Positions 25,434-40,400 of a DNA stretch of 64,000 nt are shown here, one piece after another. The translations under genes were made by a program, and so were the position numbers. The notes beneath the pieces were generated by a model. It worked only from the letters and a program-made list of their open reading frames with translations, ran no database searches and was not told where the DNA came from. This DNA comes from a virus. The first letter of the stretch is position 1. Each line of letters starts with the position of its first letter. Location: positions 470 through 64,469 of IMG/VR virus record IMGVR_UViG_3300030433_002667. One strand, given 5' to 3'.

Positions 25434-28400
25434 TCACTCCCCACTATGGTCTCCGGTATTATAAGACGCATCCCCATCACTACCCTTCGGATGTAATGTT
25501 TGACTGTGCCTTGGTTGGACACTATAATCGCCTTCATCATCGATACCTGTGCGTCGACTGGCATCAGAACGGAAGTGCTCAAGTGTATTCTCACTCATGA
25601 CCATACGTGCTACTGGAGAGCGTATGTCAGTCTTATCATAGCCCGCCACATCTACGCCCTGAATCTTTGGTCCTTGGCTATTTGGTACTGTGACGCTACT
25701 GGTAGGGTCTAATGAGTAAACTGGAGCATATGGAGGTAAACTCGGAGTGCCTGTACGGGCACTTGGGACATCACTTACGAATAGCCCATATTTGCCACCA
25801 GCGCTCGCTCCGTAGAAGTTAGAAGTGGCTTGCGGGCCGATGACTGGGCTATGTGCACGGAACATCTGACTATGTTTGTAGTCAAGATTCTGAACTGGGC
25901 GATACAAGAATTGAATGATGCTATCATCGTAGTTGATATTTTGCTTAATTGGGTCATGGTTTGTATCTTGGTATGGGTTAGAAGGTGCCCAGCCATCGTA
26001 TTCAGTCGATAATCCATATTTGCTGGCCAAATAGCCCTCTACTTGCCTTTGCTCAAGGTCAGTGAGTTTCCTATTATATTGTATTATTTCCGCAATCTTA
26101 CCGTTCAAATAGTATGAGCCAACATGACCTACTCCAGTAGGGTCATCATCGGCTACCCAAAATGGACCTGTTGTAGAGGCGACACTGACTCCTCTTAAGA
26201 ACAAATCAAAGGTAGCGATACTGCCTACACCATCTCCACCGAATGTACGGGCAGTGACTATCTCAGGATAGCCGCCAACTGCGCTATTATTGGCAGACCA
26301 GACGCCTGTGTAAGTGGTGTCCGCACCACCTTGCCATCTCCATCTGTTATTGGAATCCATACGAATCCATAGAGAGTGCCCTGACCTTGTGACAGGGCTG
26401 TTGGAAAATGTTTCTACTACACCGTGAGCATTACCATCGTCAGTATCTGCCCAAGCCACTACGAACAAAGTAACATCATTAGTGTTGAGTCTTGCATCGA
26501 AGGGAAGGGTCAGTTTATCATTACCATCGCAATCTATAGCAGGCATATTATTGATAATTCCAGAAGATGCGATGTAAGAAGGCTGTGCAGAGGCAGTACC
26601 TTGAGTGAATTCAAAGTCAATTGGTCCACTACTCTTCCAAGAGGTAACCGCATCCCCATCCTCAAGGTCTAAGGCATCTGCCTTTAGCCACAATACCATA
26701 CCGCTTTCAGGTATTGCCTGACCCCATCCCTTCACATCTAATATTCCAGCGTGTTTACTCCATTCCATGACATAAGTTCCACCAAGTGCCCAGTTAGCAT
26801 GGGCGTTAGAGTGTCGCATAATCGCTGATTTCGGTTGAGCAGACCAATCTAAGTCAGTCATATCCAAATCCTTGAGAGTTCGGCTACCGATATCGTATGC
26901 TCCACGCATGTTCGTTCGCTGCCCGACCTCACGGTCAGTATGGAGGCTGGCGGCCTCAGTAGACATGACAACATATTCACGGGATTCGCCATCATTCAGT
27001 TCTGCAAGAGTATCTACATCCAATCCGATGCGCACATCATCTCGGGATACTGGCTCAGCACCTCTGTTATCGGCGTTCACAGTCTCAGTTGCTTCTCCAA
27101 CATTAGCCGTAGTCTTGAGTAAACCTTCTTCGCCATTCAGGTCAATGCGGTCGCTAATGCCTCTTTCGATTTCTCCATCCTGTAAGACCAAGTTACTAGG
27201 CCTGACTAACCCTTGGCCAAATGATGGTTCAGATGTACTATGGGATAAGACAAGTCCAGTGGCATCATGGTTCTCACTAACAGCCATGAGTAGACTTTCA
27301 TTGAATACAGTCGGCCAGCGACATCCTCTACCGTCACCACGGTCTCCTACTCTCAGAGCGCTGGCTGGATTGAACCAATCGGCTATATTCATGTTAGGAG
27401 TACCATTGTTCATATCATTGAGATTACCACTATAGCGGTCAAGCCCATCTCCTCCAAAGAGGTCATGGGCGGCTGGTCGATGAGTAATGTTGGTGTCAGC
27501 ATAGGCATCTTCGGGGTCCCAAGATGGTCGAATACCGAATCCACGTACAGGGAAACGCCTGACATCTTCTCCACGAGTATTGCCCCACCAATCGACTAGG
27601 TAATATCGGTGAGCAAGAGCCAATTCCTCTACACCCTTACCAGCATCGTCACCCGGATACAGTCGCTTGGTTGTGCTCGCATTGCGCAGAGTACGTATTG
27701 CGCAGCCGTAAGGTGCAGTCATTCTGCGCCCATCACTATAGCGAACTTGTCGTCCAATTTGGTCTTGGTTCAGTAGTGAAGAAATCTGAGTAATGCGCTC
27801 AAGGATACCCACATACATTGCGTCGAAATCAACATCAGCCTGTCCTAAATCTGCACCTACGTAATCCCAGCCATTTGTCTTAGAATCGTGCTGAATAAGT
27901 GGACCGTGATAATACCCTAATAACGCATTACTGTTGGCTACCTCAAGCCATCCACGTACATATGGGGACCAGCGAGGCCTGTTGTAGGCTTGGCGAACGG
28001 CCATGCGATATCCGAAACATCGGTTTTTATCAGAGGCGAGTGCAAGAGTAGCAATGCCTGTCGAATCTTGATAGGTTTCGCAATCCATACCATAGGTATC
28101 GCTGCCCCAACCAATCAGTGCATTTCCATAAGATTCTAATCGACTAACCGCACCGCCACCGTGGCTTCCACCCGGCCAGAATCCAGCGAAATTGTACTTA
28201 TTTGCACCAATTGTCCCACCTTGATGAGAAAGATTAGCATCCGCATCTATGTCGGCTGCACTATGTGCTGTTCCACTTGGTGTTAATCCTGCACCACCCG
28301 GAGGAACAACCCACTTCATGGCCAAGCCGAATGGGCCTTTACTCGCTACATAGTTGAAATCCTGATAGTGAATAGTTTCAAAGTGTTCAGGGATATGGTT

Positions 28401-31400
28401 GTATCCTTTCTGGTCCACTGGTGTATCAGCCACTCCAGTTGCGTCATAGAATGGCCTACTGGCATCATCGCTATACCAAGTGAATGGCCGACCGAGGTTC
28501 GGATGCCACATACATAGGAATGCATCAGGAGTATGTAGGCTGTTTGTATCCCTAGTACCGTGAGCAAGTTGCGGTAAAGTGCGTGTAGCGACGCTTGTGG
28601 CTGAATCTTCGTAAACTGAATCTGCTGGATGTGTGTCATACGGACGAGATAATCTAAGTACGTCACCTGCTGAAATCTTCCCCCAGAACGAGGCGTCAGC
28701 AGTCACTGTCGAGAACGTCGTACTGACGCCAAGTGTAGCGTGCGCTAATGTTCCTGTCCGATTTGCATAAGTAGCGGTGTATCTTACGCCACCTTCCTCT
28801 AATTCTAAGACTTCACCATAGTAAGGTACGACTGGGAATAAGTCGTTGTTGTCTACAGTAATGGTCTGAGCACCGCTATCCGCTGAAATCACTACACATG
28901 TTGGATTTAGACTCCTAATTCGCTTGTGTGGCTCATATAGGTCAAGGAATGTTGTAGGATAGCCTGCGAGGGTTAGTTGAGCGCCGACAGAACCGTAAGA
29001 TGCTCGGCAGAATTCGTAATAATTGTCAGGCTTATGCCATTCCAAGTGCCTCCACTTTTGGGCGGCAGCAGAAGTGGCACCATCTTTGTGCAATATGCCC
29101 CACCAAGGGATATTGATAGTGTATCCGGGAGTTGCACTACTGAACATACCCGGTCTGTATGGTAGACTGCGGCGAGTAAAGGAAGGACTGCTTGTCTCCT
29201 GCACTCCTAGTGGATTGTAAAGGGCCAATGGTGGCAGATTGGTAAACTGACTGCCTGCATCTGGCTCAATATCCAATATGACTTCGTTGATAATGACCTC
29301 ACAGCCACGTACATCGGCCATCATTGCTTCTGCAAGAATCAAGGTGTATGCACCATTTGTACCTGCATCCTCCTCAATTGCAATTACAGTATTGACTTGC
29401 TGACCAGTCAATTCAGCCACCTTAGTACCTGCCTCTGATGGAGCCTTTAGTGCATCACTGTGATTTAGATGGAATCCTTTGAGTTGTTGTTTGAATACAT
29501 TCGGCTGAATGATAATCTGATAAGCACCGACTTCAAGCGGGTCAGGGAAATGGCGATTAAGTGTGTATGAGGCAGCCGCCTCCAACACCAAACTGTGCCC
29601 TCCTTCAGAGTTAGTGCCTCCAGCGACACCTACGCTGGCTGCGATTCCATAGCCTTCGTATTTGACCTTAGTCTCAGTCATTAGGGTGAATGCACCACCA
29701 TGTACATCACTTGGCCCATAAGTTGCAGTTGGTGTAGAGAACCAAATGAATGGGTCTCTTAGTGATTCATGTGTATCCGCAGTTGCCTCTTCAGTTAGGC
29801 GTGTACTTTCTAAAATTCCCTTCAGAGATTCATTACTTGGCCCATAATTTGCGCTTCGACAAGCATGGTGTAAGTCATACATTCTCTGATATGCAGGGTG
29901 AGCATAATGACCCGGCATAAGTGCCATGGTCGGCGTAACATAGTGGTGCCCCATCCTCGGAATTGGCATAGGTGTCATCTTTGGTTTGGTTATCTTATTG
30001 AATGGACTAGAAGGAATTACCATATCACCTTCAGTAGGTGGCAAAGTGTTGAAAACATCAAACCAATCTATTCGCTTCATATCTGGGCTGGCACCGGAAT
30101 ATTCGCTGTGGTCACGCAATCGGCGTGCCGCAAAGAATCTCGTAGAACCGGCTGGCATGTAGTAAGAAGGTACAACTTTGAGTCCTGTTTTGCCGCTGAT
30201 AAAAGACTTGAAATCGGGTGATACGACTACGTTAGTGAATTTATTTGTACCCGTACCAGTATACGATGCCAATACACCTTTGTTTGTAGTAGGGTCATAT
30301 ACTCTTAGGAAATAGCGACCTCCGCTCTGTTCACTGGTATCTAACCAAGTAGCGGCTTCAGGTGTAGTCGTGACATCAATTTCATTGTTGGCTTCGTCAT
30401 AAGCGCTAAATGATAATTCATCGACATCATAACGATGAGTCATACTTATGCCCATACGGGTAACATGGAAGAACAGGCTTCTGTCATGAGGTTCGTAGGC
30501 TGTTTGTAAAGGAGCATCATCAGTGTGGTCCTCCCACCCTTGGTTGGTAGAAGATGGGAAATTCAATCGTGATTTACTAGTCGCAGTGGATATGTCTACA
30601 GCGTCTTGGCTTAAGTGCTCCCAGCCATTATCTTCCCAAGTGGGCCAAAGGCGAGGTCCCGGAGATTTATTTGAGAACATATCTTTGACATTCTGAACGG
30701 GCTGAGCAGGGTGCTGTAGGCCACCAGAGCCGATGGTTTCGTTCTGATAAGCCTGAATCCTATCGAATCCTGACCTAACGACGATGTTGCCGGGAATCTC
30801 ATCGGGATTCGGCAATCTGATTTTCAAGTTAGGGTGTACACCTGCGCCAGCGAGAGCAGGCGCAAGGCCTTCGACTTCTCGGTCACTGATATGACGGAAA
30901 TCCATGATGACAGTACCTAGTGGACTACCACCCTCAAGGCGGTGTTCTTGACCAGTGTCGTCAACGACCTGAAGACTCTTAAATTGCTGGTCTTCGTTCG
31001 GAATCATCAATGCGTTACGAACCTCTAAAGGATGTTGTTCAGCCAATTGAGGGTGGCCCAATTCTTGGGCTTGGATAATCGGGAACATGGCTGCATTAGT
31101 TGTCTCAAAGGAGAATCTGACATTTCCAAGAACCTTTTCTCCCACAGTCTTGTAATTGACCCCATCCTTACGCTTGACCCAAGGTACCATACCAAGTCCA
31201 CGAGCATTGACGGCAGGCATCGTTAATCCACCGCCATCCATCCTCTTCCAAACCACGTGTTCTGCTGAGAAATTACGAGCAGCGGTACGTCTGTTGTAAA
31301 ATCCGAACAATCCGGGATGAGGATATTCAGTGCTGGCTCCATTGATATCTAAATGGTCATCTTCTCCCTTGATACCTATGCATTCGGTCAGATACGCATT

Positions 31401-34400
31401 GATAGATTCGTGGTTGTTTGAGCCCTTCTGTACAGATTCATCCCAGAATAAATCACCAGTCGGATGTAAGCAAGATGTAGCCTGTACCATATCCCCGCTC
31501 TGAATTGCTCTGTGCCATTGTGCATCAGTTGGGGCTGAGCCAGATACTGGATAATCATCAGGCTCAGTAGGTAGATTGAACAAACTGTGCATCTGTGCTT
31601 CTACATGAGGACCAGCCGTAGCCGGACCTACATATCTACTCTTGTTGTGAATCTTATTGGTATCCCAAGTAATTGTTCCAGCACTGGCCGGGTCTTGCTG
31701 TTGCTTTGCTAGAAGATAATCACCCATAGCGATGATTCCATCTCGGTCAGTTTTAGCAATTAGAGGTAATTCACTTTCATGAGTAATAGCAACCAGATGT
31801 CTTGAAGACATACTGTTCACACAGTAATCAGCGAAGTTATTGACGAACGTACCTTCAGATGTAGGTTGAGGAGGAGTGGCTGCAAAGCAACTTTCCGCTG
31901 CACCATATGGACTAAATCCAAGGAAAGGATGCCAAGCACCAAGGCCAGCAGGGCTATTGTTTGGCCCGGTCTCTGTAGTCTCGTAAGAATTGAGGTAAGA
32001 ATACGCTTCTCCAGCCCAACCAACAGCGCCTATGGGCTTTGTTCGGTCAACTGCATCAATATAGCCACTAAAGTGAACTTGACACATATGGTCTCTTACT
32101 CCGGGTGCGAGAGAGTTGTTATGCCTGTGCACCCCGGCTTTGGACCAAACGTAGATTTTGAGGTCGGGTGCGGGTCCCGGAATCAATGGTATAGGGACAC
32201 GACCTGCTGGGTCAACTGGGTCGGAAGTAGAAATAATTGGATTTACTGCCAATGTAAATGTATCTACCCCGTTATGGTCAATGTAAGCCGAATAGCCTAC
32301 AGTCGCTGCCCCATCACTTAGCCTTAACCAACCATATTTCGGAATATTATTCAAGCCGGGGCCGCCGGTTACTGTAATGGTTGCAGCGGTTGGACCTACT
32401 GGGTCATGAGGTGTACCTCCACCATAATCAAATTGTACCCAGCCATAGCGGTCTTGCTTGTGTGCATTTTGCATGGACGGCATAAATGTTCCACCAATAG
32501 CCTTGAGTGGGTCTTTACCGGGGAATGTGTTAATTGATGCCGCAAGAATTGTACCTAGTTCCTCTGCATTCTGAACACGAGTCGCATCCACAATAACGAC
32601 ATTTTCTGAAAATGCGGTCGCTTGGGCAGTAGGGTCTCCGCCAAATGCAGCCAAGTAGGCCTGTGCTAACACACCGCAAGGTCTGAATGCAGAAACATTG
32701 TGCTGAACACCACTACCTGTAGCGAGTTTGTCTGAAGAAGGACCAGCAGGGTTCTTGAGGACGTGATTATCAAGGAAATGGCCACCGGGATGATATCCGC
32801 CATCCATGTGCCAAACAATACTTGACATTCTGGTTTTAGGATGGGCTGCAGAGGCAACTGCTCCTCCATTGACATCAGCGAATGGGAAATTAAATGGATG
32901 AGCCTGTGGGGGTAAGGTCATTGTAGTAGCGTGGTTAGAACCTTCAAAGTAGAAGGCATCGTTATACAATTGTGAGTAATTGTGTGCAGTGGAAGACTTT
33001 GTGTTAGGGAATCCCTTTGTAGGTTGCCAATTCATAACGTGATTAAAGCCCCTTAAATTATTGCGTTGGAAAAACGTAGTCAAAGGTAAATGTGCAGACT
33101 CACTACTAAGTTGATTGAATCCACTATGTCCCGCTGAATTACCATTCGCCAATTGATTGGGCAAAAATGTATCTCGTCCAACAACCCCGCCTATGTAGAT
33201 TGGAACTGCACTGTATCCGTTACCTGTAGTTACGATATTGCTACCTTGTGGCTCTGTCACAGACTTATTGTGAGGGAAGGCCTGCCCCGGACCAAATATC
33301 ATGTAAGTGGTACTGTCAGTAGTTTCTCCTGTAGCACTATAGCGGGCATGTGGATGAGCGAATCGTAATACGACTGGGCTCGGCATGTTTGGATGAATAG
33401 TATTGGTCCCATCAGTGTACACCATACCTGTAGATTTGGTATTGGTCTCCTTTGCCATATCGAAGGGTAAAATACCATCTTGATTGAACATAGGTGGATT
33501 ACTTTCTCCACGATGTTGGTCAAGGTAAGGGGTTCCGGGGAACATGGCTAACATTGCGTTGGTATCTACCAGTGCGTAAGAGCCAGCGAGTTCTCCGACA
33601 TTCTGGAAACCTGCAGAACCAGTTGGTCCACTGGAATAAGGATGAGTATAGAAGTCTGCATAATCGTTCTGAGTACCGTCATTGATATCCATAACGGCTC
33701 CTGAAAATCCTCCACCAAAGTATAGTGGGACCCAGTGGTCAGGACTATCACGAGCACCACGGAAGTAAAGGAAAGGGCTGGAATTTTTACTACCAGCCCT
33801 ACGAATGCCACAAATTTCTTTGGCCCTTGGACTACCACCATCTCTGATGAAAACCTCATGATGGTGAAGAATACCATTATGGAAATTCACAGAACAGCCA
33901 TCATCGACATCATAGTTTAGTTCCCTTTCAGGACCTACTGAAGCACTAGGCTTACTTCTAACCTTACCATACTCTTGGCTACCCCACCAAAGGGTCACCG
34001 GATTGCCCCAACTGTTAGCATCATCACAGGCCGGTTTGCATAGTAAGAATATGTTCTCTCCTACTGGTAATCTCATTCGGTTGGAATGTACATGCGAAGG
34101 CTCAATCATCGGGCTATCCACTCTTGGAATAATGTGGTCTCCAGCCACATCAGTGAAGTTCTCCCCTCTCAGATTTCTTTGCCAAACTGTTGTATCGACA
34201 AGATTGTTTTGTGTATCCACTAAAACCGGCGTTGCTGTGTTAGCATTGGTTCCACGGTATTTGGTCGTAATGTGAAGAACTGTTTTTGGAATATAGCCAA
34301 TATCAAGCCTAGTCCCATTGTCCTTGTCACTATCTGACAGTCCACCAGTATGCTTTGAGACAACGATGGCATCGGTACTGGCTCCATCTAATAGTCCCCA

Positions 34401-37400
34401 ATCTTTGGTGCGACTGACATCAAACAATTTGCTGAGAGGTAATTTTGTTTCATTCCGAGGAATCACACGAATGGCTCCTGCATCAACACCCCATTCGCCC
34501 AGTGTTCTACCATCAGGTGCAAACATTTCTCTGCAATCGAAACTAGTGGCATCGATATCACTGGGACTAACATCACCCATTTTCATAGCAAACTCTACTG
34601 CAGCAGCAATAACTTCGTCAGTCAGAACACTGGTAAAGTTGATTCTTGGGCTCAAATACCAATCACCGTCTGTAAAATCGCCTGCTCCTCCAACCACTCC
34701 GAAGAATTTGTGAGGGCCTGTATTATCATTATGCGTCCGACTAGTGTAAGAAAAGGTTAGTCCCTGATGGTGATTGGCTGTTGTACCATGCAAAGATAAT
34801 TGGAAAGTTCCACTTTCAGGGAATCCAAGATAGCCCAAGACATCAGGATGACTGAGGTGTCCACCAGAATCATATGGGTCATCAAGAACCAAGGTCATTG
34901 TACCACTGGCTAATGTCGTAGCCGCAGCCACTCCTACAGCAGGGCTTGGATAATTGTTCCATAAATTACCCTTGAACTTGATTTCATCTCCACCAGTTTT
35001 CTGACCGCATACTTCGCCGACGCCGACCATATGTCGACCGATTGTAAATCCACCTTGTCCTACATCCCTGTCATCAAAATGGATGAGAACTTCATCGTCA
35101 AGAGTAGGTGGTAAGGAAGTCAGGTCATTCGCAAACCTCTGACCGAACTGGCGATAAATGAAGCGAATGGTATGACTTTTACCAAGATGGTCAACGAATC
35201 GTAGACCGTAAAGGTTTGAATCTCCGATATTTTCATTCTTCATGTCTTCATCTGGGATGTATCCGTTGGAAGAGCCAGTTTTGATAGACATGCCCACCAT
35301 AGTGTCGTCTATGTTACTCGGTTTCCCATAAACTGCGAAGTATCTGTCATTTTGTCCATCTCTTCCAAAGCCCCACTTACCGGCTTCAGGACACCATCCG
35401 GGTATACCTGCTTGAGTCAAGCCCCCGAAATTGATTCTGGCTTTGGCAGGAGTTCCTATACGCAATCCATCAATGAGTGTCGAAGATGGACTCTTTGTCT
35501 CAAGTGACTCTGCGAGTAAAGTATTCGCATTGCGGCCCGATAACATTTCTGCATTTGCGGTAGATATAACTGTACTACCGCCCGCTTCATTTGCCCCCAT
35601 ATTGAGATTATTTTTGGTGATATCAGACACTTCTTCAGGAGGGAGGAATTCCTTGAGAGTAGTAATTGGTGCGAAAGGTCTACCGAAGCGGTTAATCGGC
35701 ATAGGGGCCGGGTGCATATTTTCTCCAGTCATTTCGTCAGGCTGACACCAATAGTTGCGGAATCTACCACCGTGACCAATGAGATATTCTGGCTGATAAG
35801 GTGTCTGTGCACGACTATTATCCATCCAAAGACAGAAATTTCTGCCTCCAGCGCCGGGAACAGTAGAGTGAATTACGATTGAATATCCTCCTTCGACAAC
35901 TCTACCTATGTGAGCACGAACATAACCCATGTGACTACCACGGTCATGACTAGCAAATGCCTTCTCTACATCCCAAAACGGAGCAGGGTCGTGTGTAGAG
36001 CCAGTCGTTGCGAAATCAGCATGCTGGTGGCTGGCGGCAGGGTCAGTATTACCACTGTAATCGCTACCCTTCGGCCCCGGCGAACTCAAATCGAATTTCT
36101 CACTTTCACCAAGGAATTGGTCTGCTGGTCTACGAGCATGGGTTCGACCATTCTTGGCTGCAGCCTGATTGATTAGGCGTACTACTTCTATAGCAGCAGA
36201 TTGAATATCATCCACACCATCACGTAATTTCACTTCACCCAAATCAATAGTTAGCCTCCTAACGAAATCCATCTGAGTCCAGTGGTCAAGGTGTTGTAAG
36301 CGACTTTCTTCGTGACCTGATAAGTCCAAGGACTTACTACGAATACCTTTCATAGCAAGGAAAGCAGGGATGCACCTTGTGCCATCAGGTGTATCGAAGA
36401 ACGTAGAGATTTCTCTTAATGAAGGCTCAATATCAGCATGCATTGCACTGGACTCAGATATATCCGTAACAGCGTCGTTTGTACGAGGTAATTGACCACT
36501 TTTGCCTACCTTACCTACATTAACCCTATGTGTTGATAATCCACCAGCCGTTTGAGCCACGGCTATATGCCTATGTACATAACTGGCTTCTATGAAATCA
36601 GATTGCTCTGTAGATTGTAGTATTTTACTTTGAGAAGGGAAACCTGCGGCTACATCAAGATGAGACCCCGAATCAGCATCATTATTGTCAATCAATCCGG
36701 TTGTAACCGTCTGCTTTGTTCCAATTGATGCGGCGGCTGGACTAGATTGAACCTGCATCCATAAATCTTGGAATGCAATAAATTCACGGTCATGAGCCAC
36801 ATCGTATAGAAGCACACGTGTAAAGTCCTCAGTTGATTGATATGGGTCAATATAGGCGACAGTCGGTGCGGTATCAAGAGGTAACCCAAGTGCATCGTAA
36901 TTCATCAAGACTGTTTTGTTAATGTGCTGGACTAAATTCTGAGCCGTTTCTATACAAGTATTTCCGATGAGGAAGTTTTCCATCGGAATACTATCTCTTG
37001 GGGCTGCATTAAACGAACCTTGCCCACCGTTAAATCCAGTCCAAACCTCTGCTTCATTGAGAGTTCCTCTTGATTTACAGAATAGTCCCTCAATAGCATG
37101 AGGGTTGGTATAATGCATATTCATCCATACAGTGTCTCCGTTACGCAGCCCTCCGGGAGCATACGGGTGAGCCCATGCTCTATTCAAGAATCCATCTATG
37201 ATTTTCGGATATATTGGGGCTGTCGGGTCTGTATGGAAATCCTCAACTAAAATTTCGTCACCGATTGGTGGGTTGAAGCCAGCGTCGGGAGAAAGAATAT
37301 TCAGAGTATTATTTCCACGACTACTGTAGTAAGCATAGTGTTTGGTTCCTGCTGCATCTGTCCAACTAATTCGGATATGGTATCCGACCTCAGGAGCATA

Positions 37401-40400
37401 CTCTGGGAATAAACTGGCATCATCCATGATAAGAGTCGTGACAGGAGTAGTTGGATGAGTAGGAGTTCTTCCGATAATCTTGGCTTTTGGTCGCTTACTC
37501 TTGATTCTTGGAAGATGAGGGTTACTGCGAGGGCCCGCACGGAACTCAATCGCACTGACATATTGTTTCAGTCCGTAATCGACATTCCCACCTTGGGTCA
37601 TGACATTAGAGCGGTCGTAGTAAAATGAGCGCCTTGCCTCATAACCTGCACTAATCTGCTGAGGATTATCAGCAATTCCTGTGTAATTCATATCTTGGTA
37701 GCCGGGGGCAGGAGTAATGTGCGCCCCTAATTTCAAATCTCTCAGGAAATTTACACTGGTTGACCAAGTGTCACCTGCAGAACCGGCTATGGTTAGGTAA
37801 TGGTCAGTGGTATCCCGTGCATTGTAAATGCACCACTCTCCAGTGGAAAGGAAGGCCCTTCTAAATCTTAGAGAGCCATCAATTCCTGCTACTGCAATAG
37901 GTGCAGCGGTAGGTATAGGGAAAATTCTAGCATCTTCTACATAAACTCGCAGATTAGAGGAATCAAAGTCTCTGGTAACCTTTGTTCCTAAACGATGTTC
38001 ATTATTACTGATAGCATAGGAAAATGGACCGAATAGTTCTGGGTCAGCGGGATTAACTGCATCAAATCTTCTACCAACGGGGTTGGGGTTCCAACTGTGG
38101 GCTGTGTGAGTACAGTCAATGTGAAGTTTCATTGCATTGTCTGGTCCAACAAAGTCTCCGAATATCTGCTCATGGAAAAGTGGAATCTCAACCAAAGCAC
38201 GGGTACTAGCGTACTGTGTTCCTAATTGGTAATCGTGCTGAACAGTGTCCAGAGTTTGGAATAGTCGGTCATTGATGGTCGTTCCATCATTGCACATCGT
38301 CTCTTCACCGAACTTATCGTCGACATGAAGTATACTACCTTTGTCAATTCCAGTAGCCGTCTTCCAATCAGCGAATGAATCAGATTCGCTACCATCCCCC
38401 AAGACGAATGTTCCAGTTCCCATGTGTCCTGTGCCTCCAGCGAATGTAAATGTCGTACCATCCTTTGAGACATAGGTCGCACTGGCAAATCGATTAGGTT
38501 CATCTTCAGACAACTTGGGCAGTTGCAGATAGACTTGACCTTGACTTGCGAAAGGATACGTGCCCCAAGATTGTAAGTCAGTGGCCCTATTGTTTAGTGG
38601 TAATACAGTGAGTGTTGTCGCCCCTGTTTCCTTGATAACTGCCTGTCCGTCACGGCGAGTATTCCACGCCAATCGAGCCGTTGGGCTTGGGTCCCAAGTT
38701 TCCTTGGTGTTAATCGCACCCTGTCCGGGACCGCCCAGTGTCATAGTAACAACAGGCGCACCCGGCATAATTTCCTTGACAATGTGAGAATCTGAAGCGC
38801 CGTCACCCTTGACATATACACTAGAAGAGGAGATGTCGCTCAATAGACCATGTGCCAATAACACTGAGTTCCCATTTCCATCGTCGCTAAAGGAAAGTAC
38901 CCGACCTTGAGACATCAGGTATTCGACCGTAATTTCGCTGGCACTCTCTGAGCCTGCAATCATACGAGATAACTGATTGAATCTCCTTCTATCAGTAGGG
39001 TGGACAACCAACTTGACTCTATCTCCTGTGACAATGTGCTCAACAATATCAAGCATTTCGTTAACAGCAGTAGATTGGTTCGGTGTCCCCTTCCCTTTCG
39101 TTATACTAACATCATATAGTTCATCATTATCAACGACATCTGCTGTCGTACCGGCACTAAATATACTGAATTTCGCATTAGTACCTCCTGCATTTACGGT
39201 AACAATATCCCCAGCGGTATATCCAGTACCAGCGGCATTCACAGTTATGCTCGTAATGACCCCGCCAGATGCTACGATATCCACAGTTAAACCAGCCCCA
39301 GTTCCGCCAGTTGTAGCGACACCAGTAGCCGTGGTATATCCAGTTCCTCCTGAAATTTGACTAATGGTTGTATCAAGGGTCAAGGTTGTAGTGGTGACTG
39401 CAGTAAGGATTCCTAATTGTGTTCCATCGGACTTGTATACAGTATCGCCTACTTGGAATACCGTAGTGGCATCTACTCCATCTACAGTCAGCGCAGTTTG
39501 CGTACCGGATGCGTATCCTGAAATGCTGTTGATGTATAATCCAATGCGCCTTCGTTGACCATCCAGATATTTCTGCCGTGTAAGTGTAGCCACTGTTTCT
39601 AAGTTATCCAAGTTATTGCGGTTACGAGAAATCAGCAGTTTATGGAATTTAGAAGAACGGCTGGATAACTCACTTTGTGCGACCTTGATTTTCTGAGGGG
39701 TGGTCTGTGGTTTATCGGTAGAATGTAAAGGTAGATAATTGGCAGGGCATAGTGAGAAATCTAACTTATTCTCCGCTACTGTCCCTTCAGACGAATCGCC
39801 TTCCAAATGACCCTCTTTGAATGGGAACATGTTTGGCATATCAAACTCAATGATACCTCCGGGGGCATGCAAAGTCAGCGGATTGCTTTTCATTTCTGAA
39901 TGAAGTAAATCGATGATTCTCGTCGAGCCTGTAAGAATGGTACTGACTTTCGGTAGGGTCTTTTCAACCAATATCTTCGGAGATGCGTGTGCTCTGATTA
40001 AGGTGGTTCCTACAAGTGCTTTTGCTTGGAAAGCAGCATCAGTGGCTGCACTAAAGGTAATGGTGTTGGCTGAGTGAGAAATTTTACCTGTTATGGAACC
40101 TGTACCATCCTTAGCAGGAACTCGGTCGACCATAAGGTGAGCGGCTTCCAAAACATGTCCATCTGGCCCAAATGCCTTGACACTCTCTAAAGTGACGACT
40201 GTGGAGGTAACGCTGGTAATACGAGCAGTAGCAACCGTATCAAACTGCGAGCCGAATCTATCCACGGCGTTGTAGTGAATCTGAAGGAATGGAGCATAGC
40301 CATAATCACTCAGTGCCGGTAAGCCAAGGATTGCAATGCGACTTTCATCAGAAGGAATGAGAGCACGAGCATCGTCAGACGTTGTCTCACTAGTTATGGA

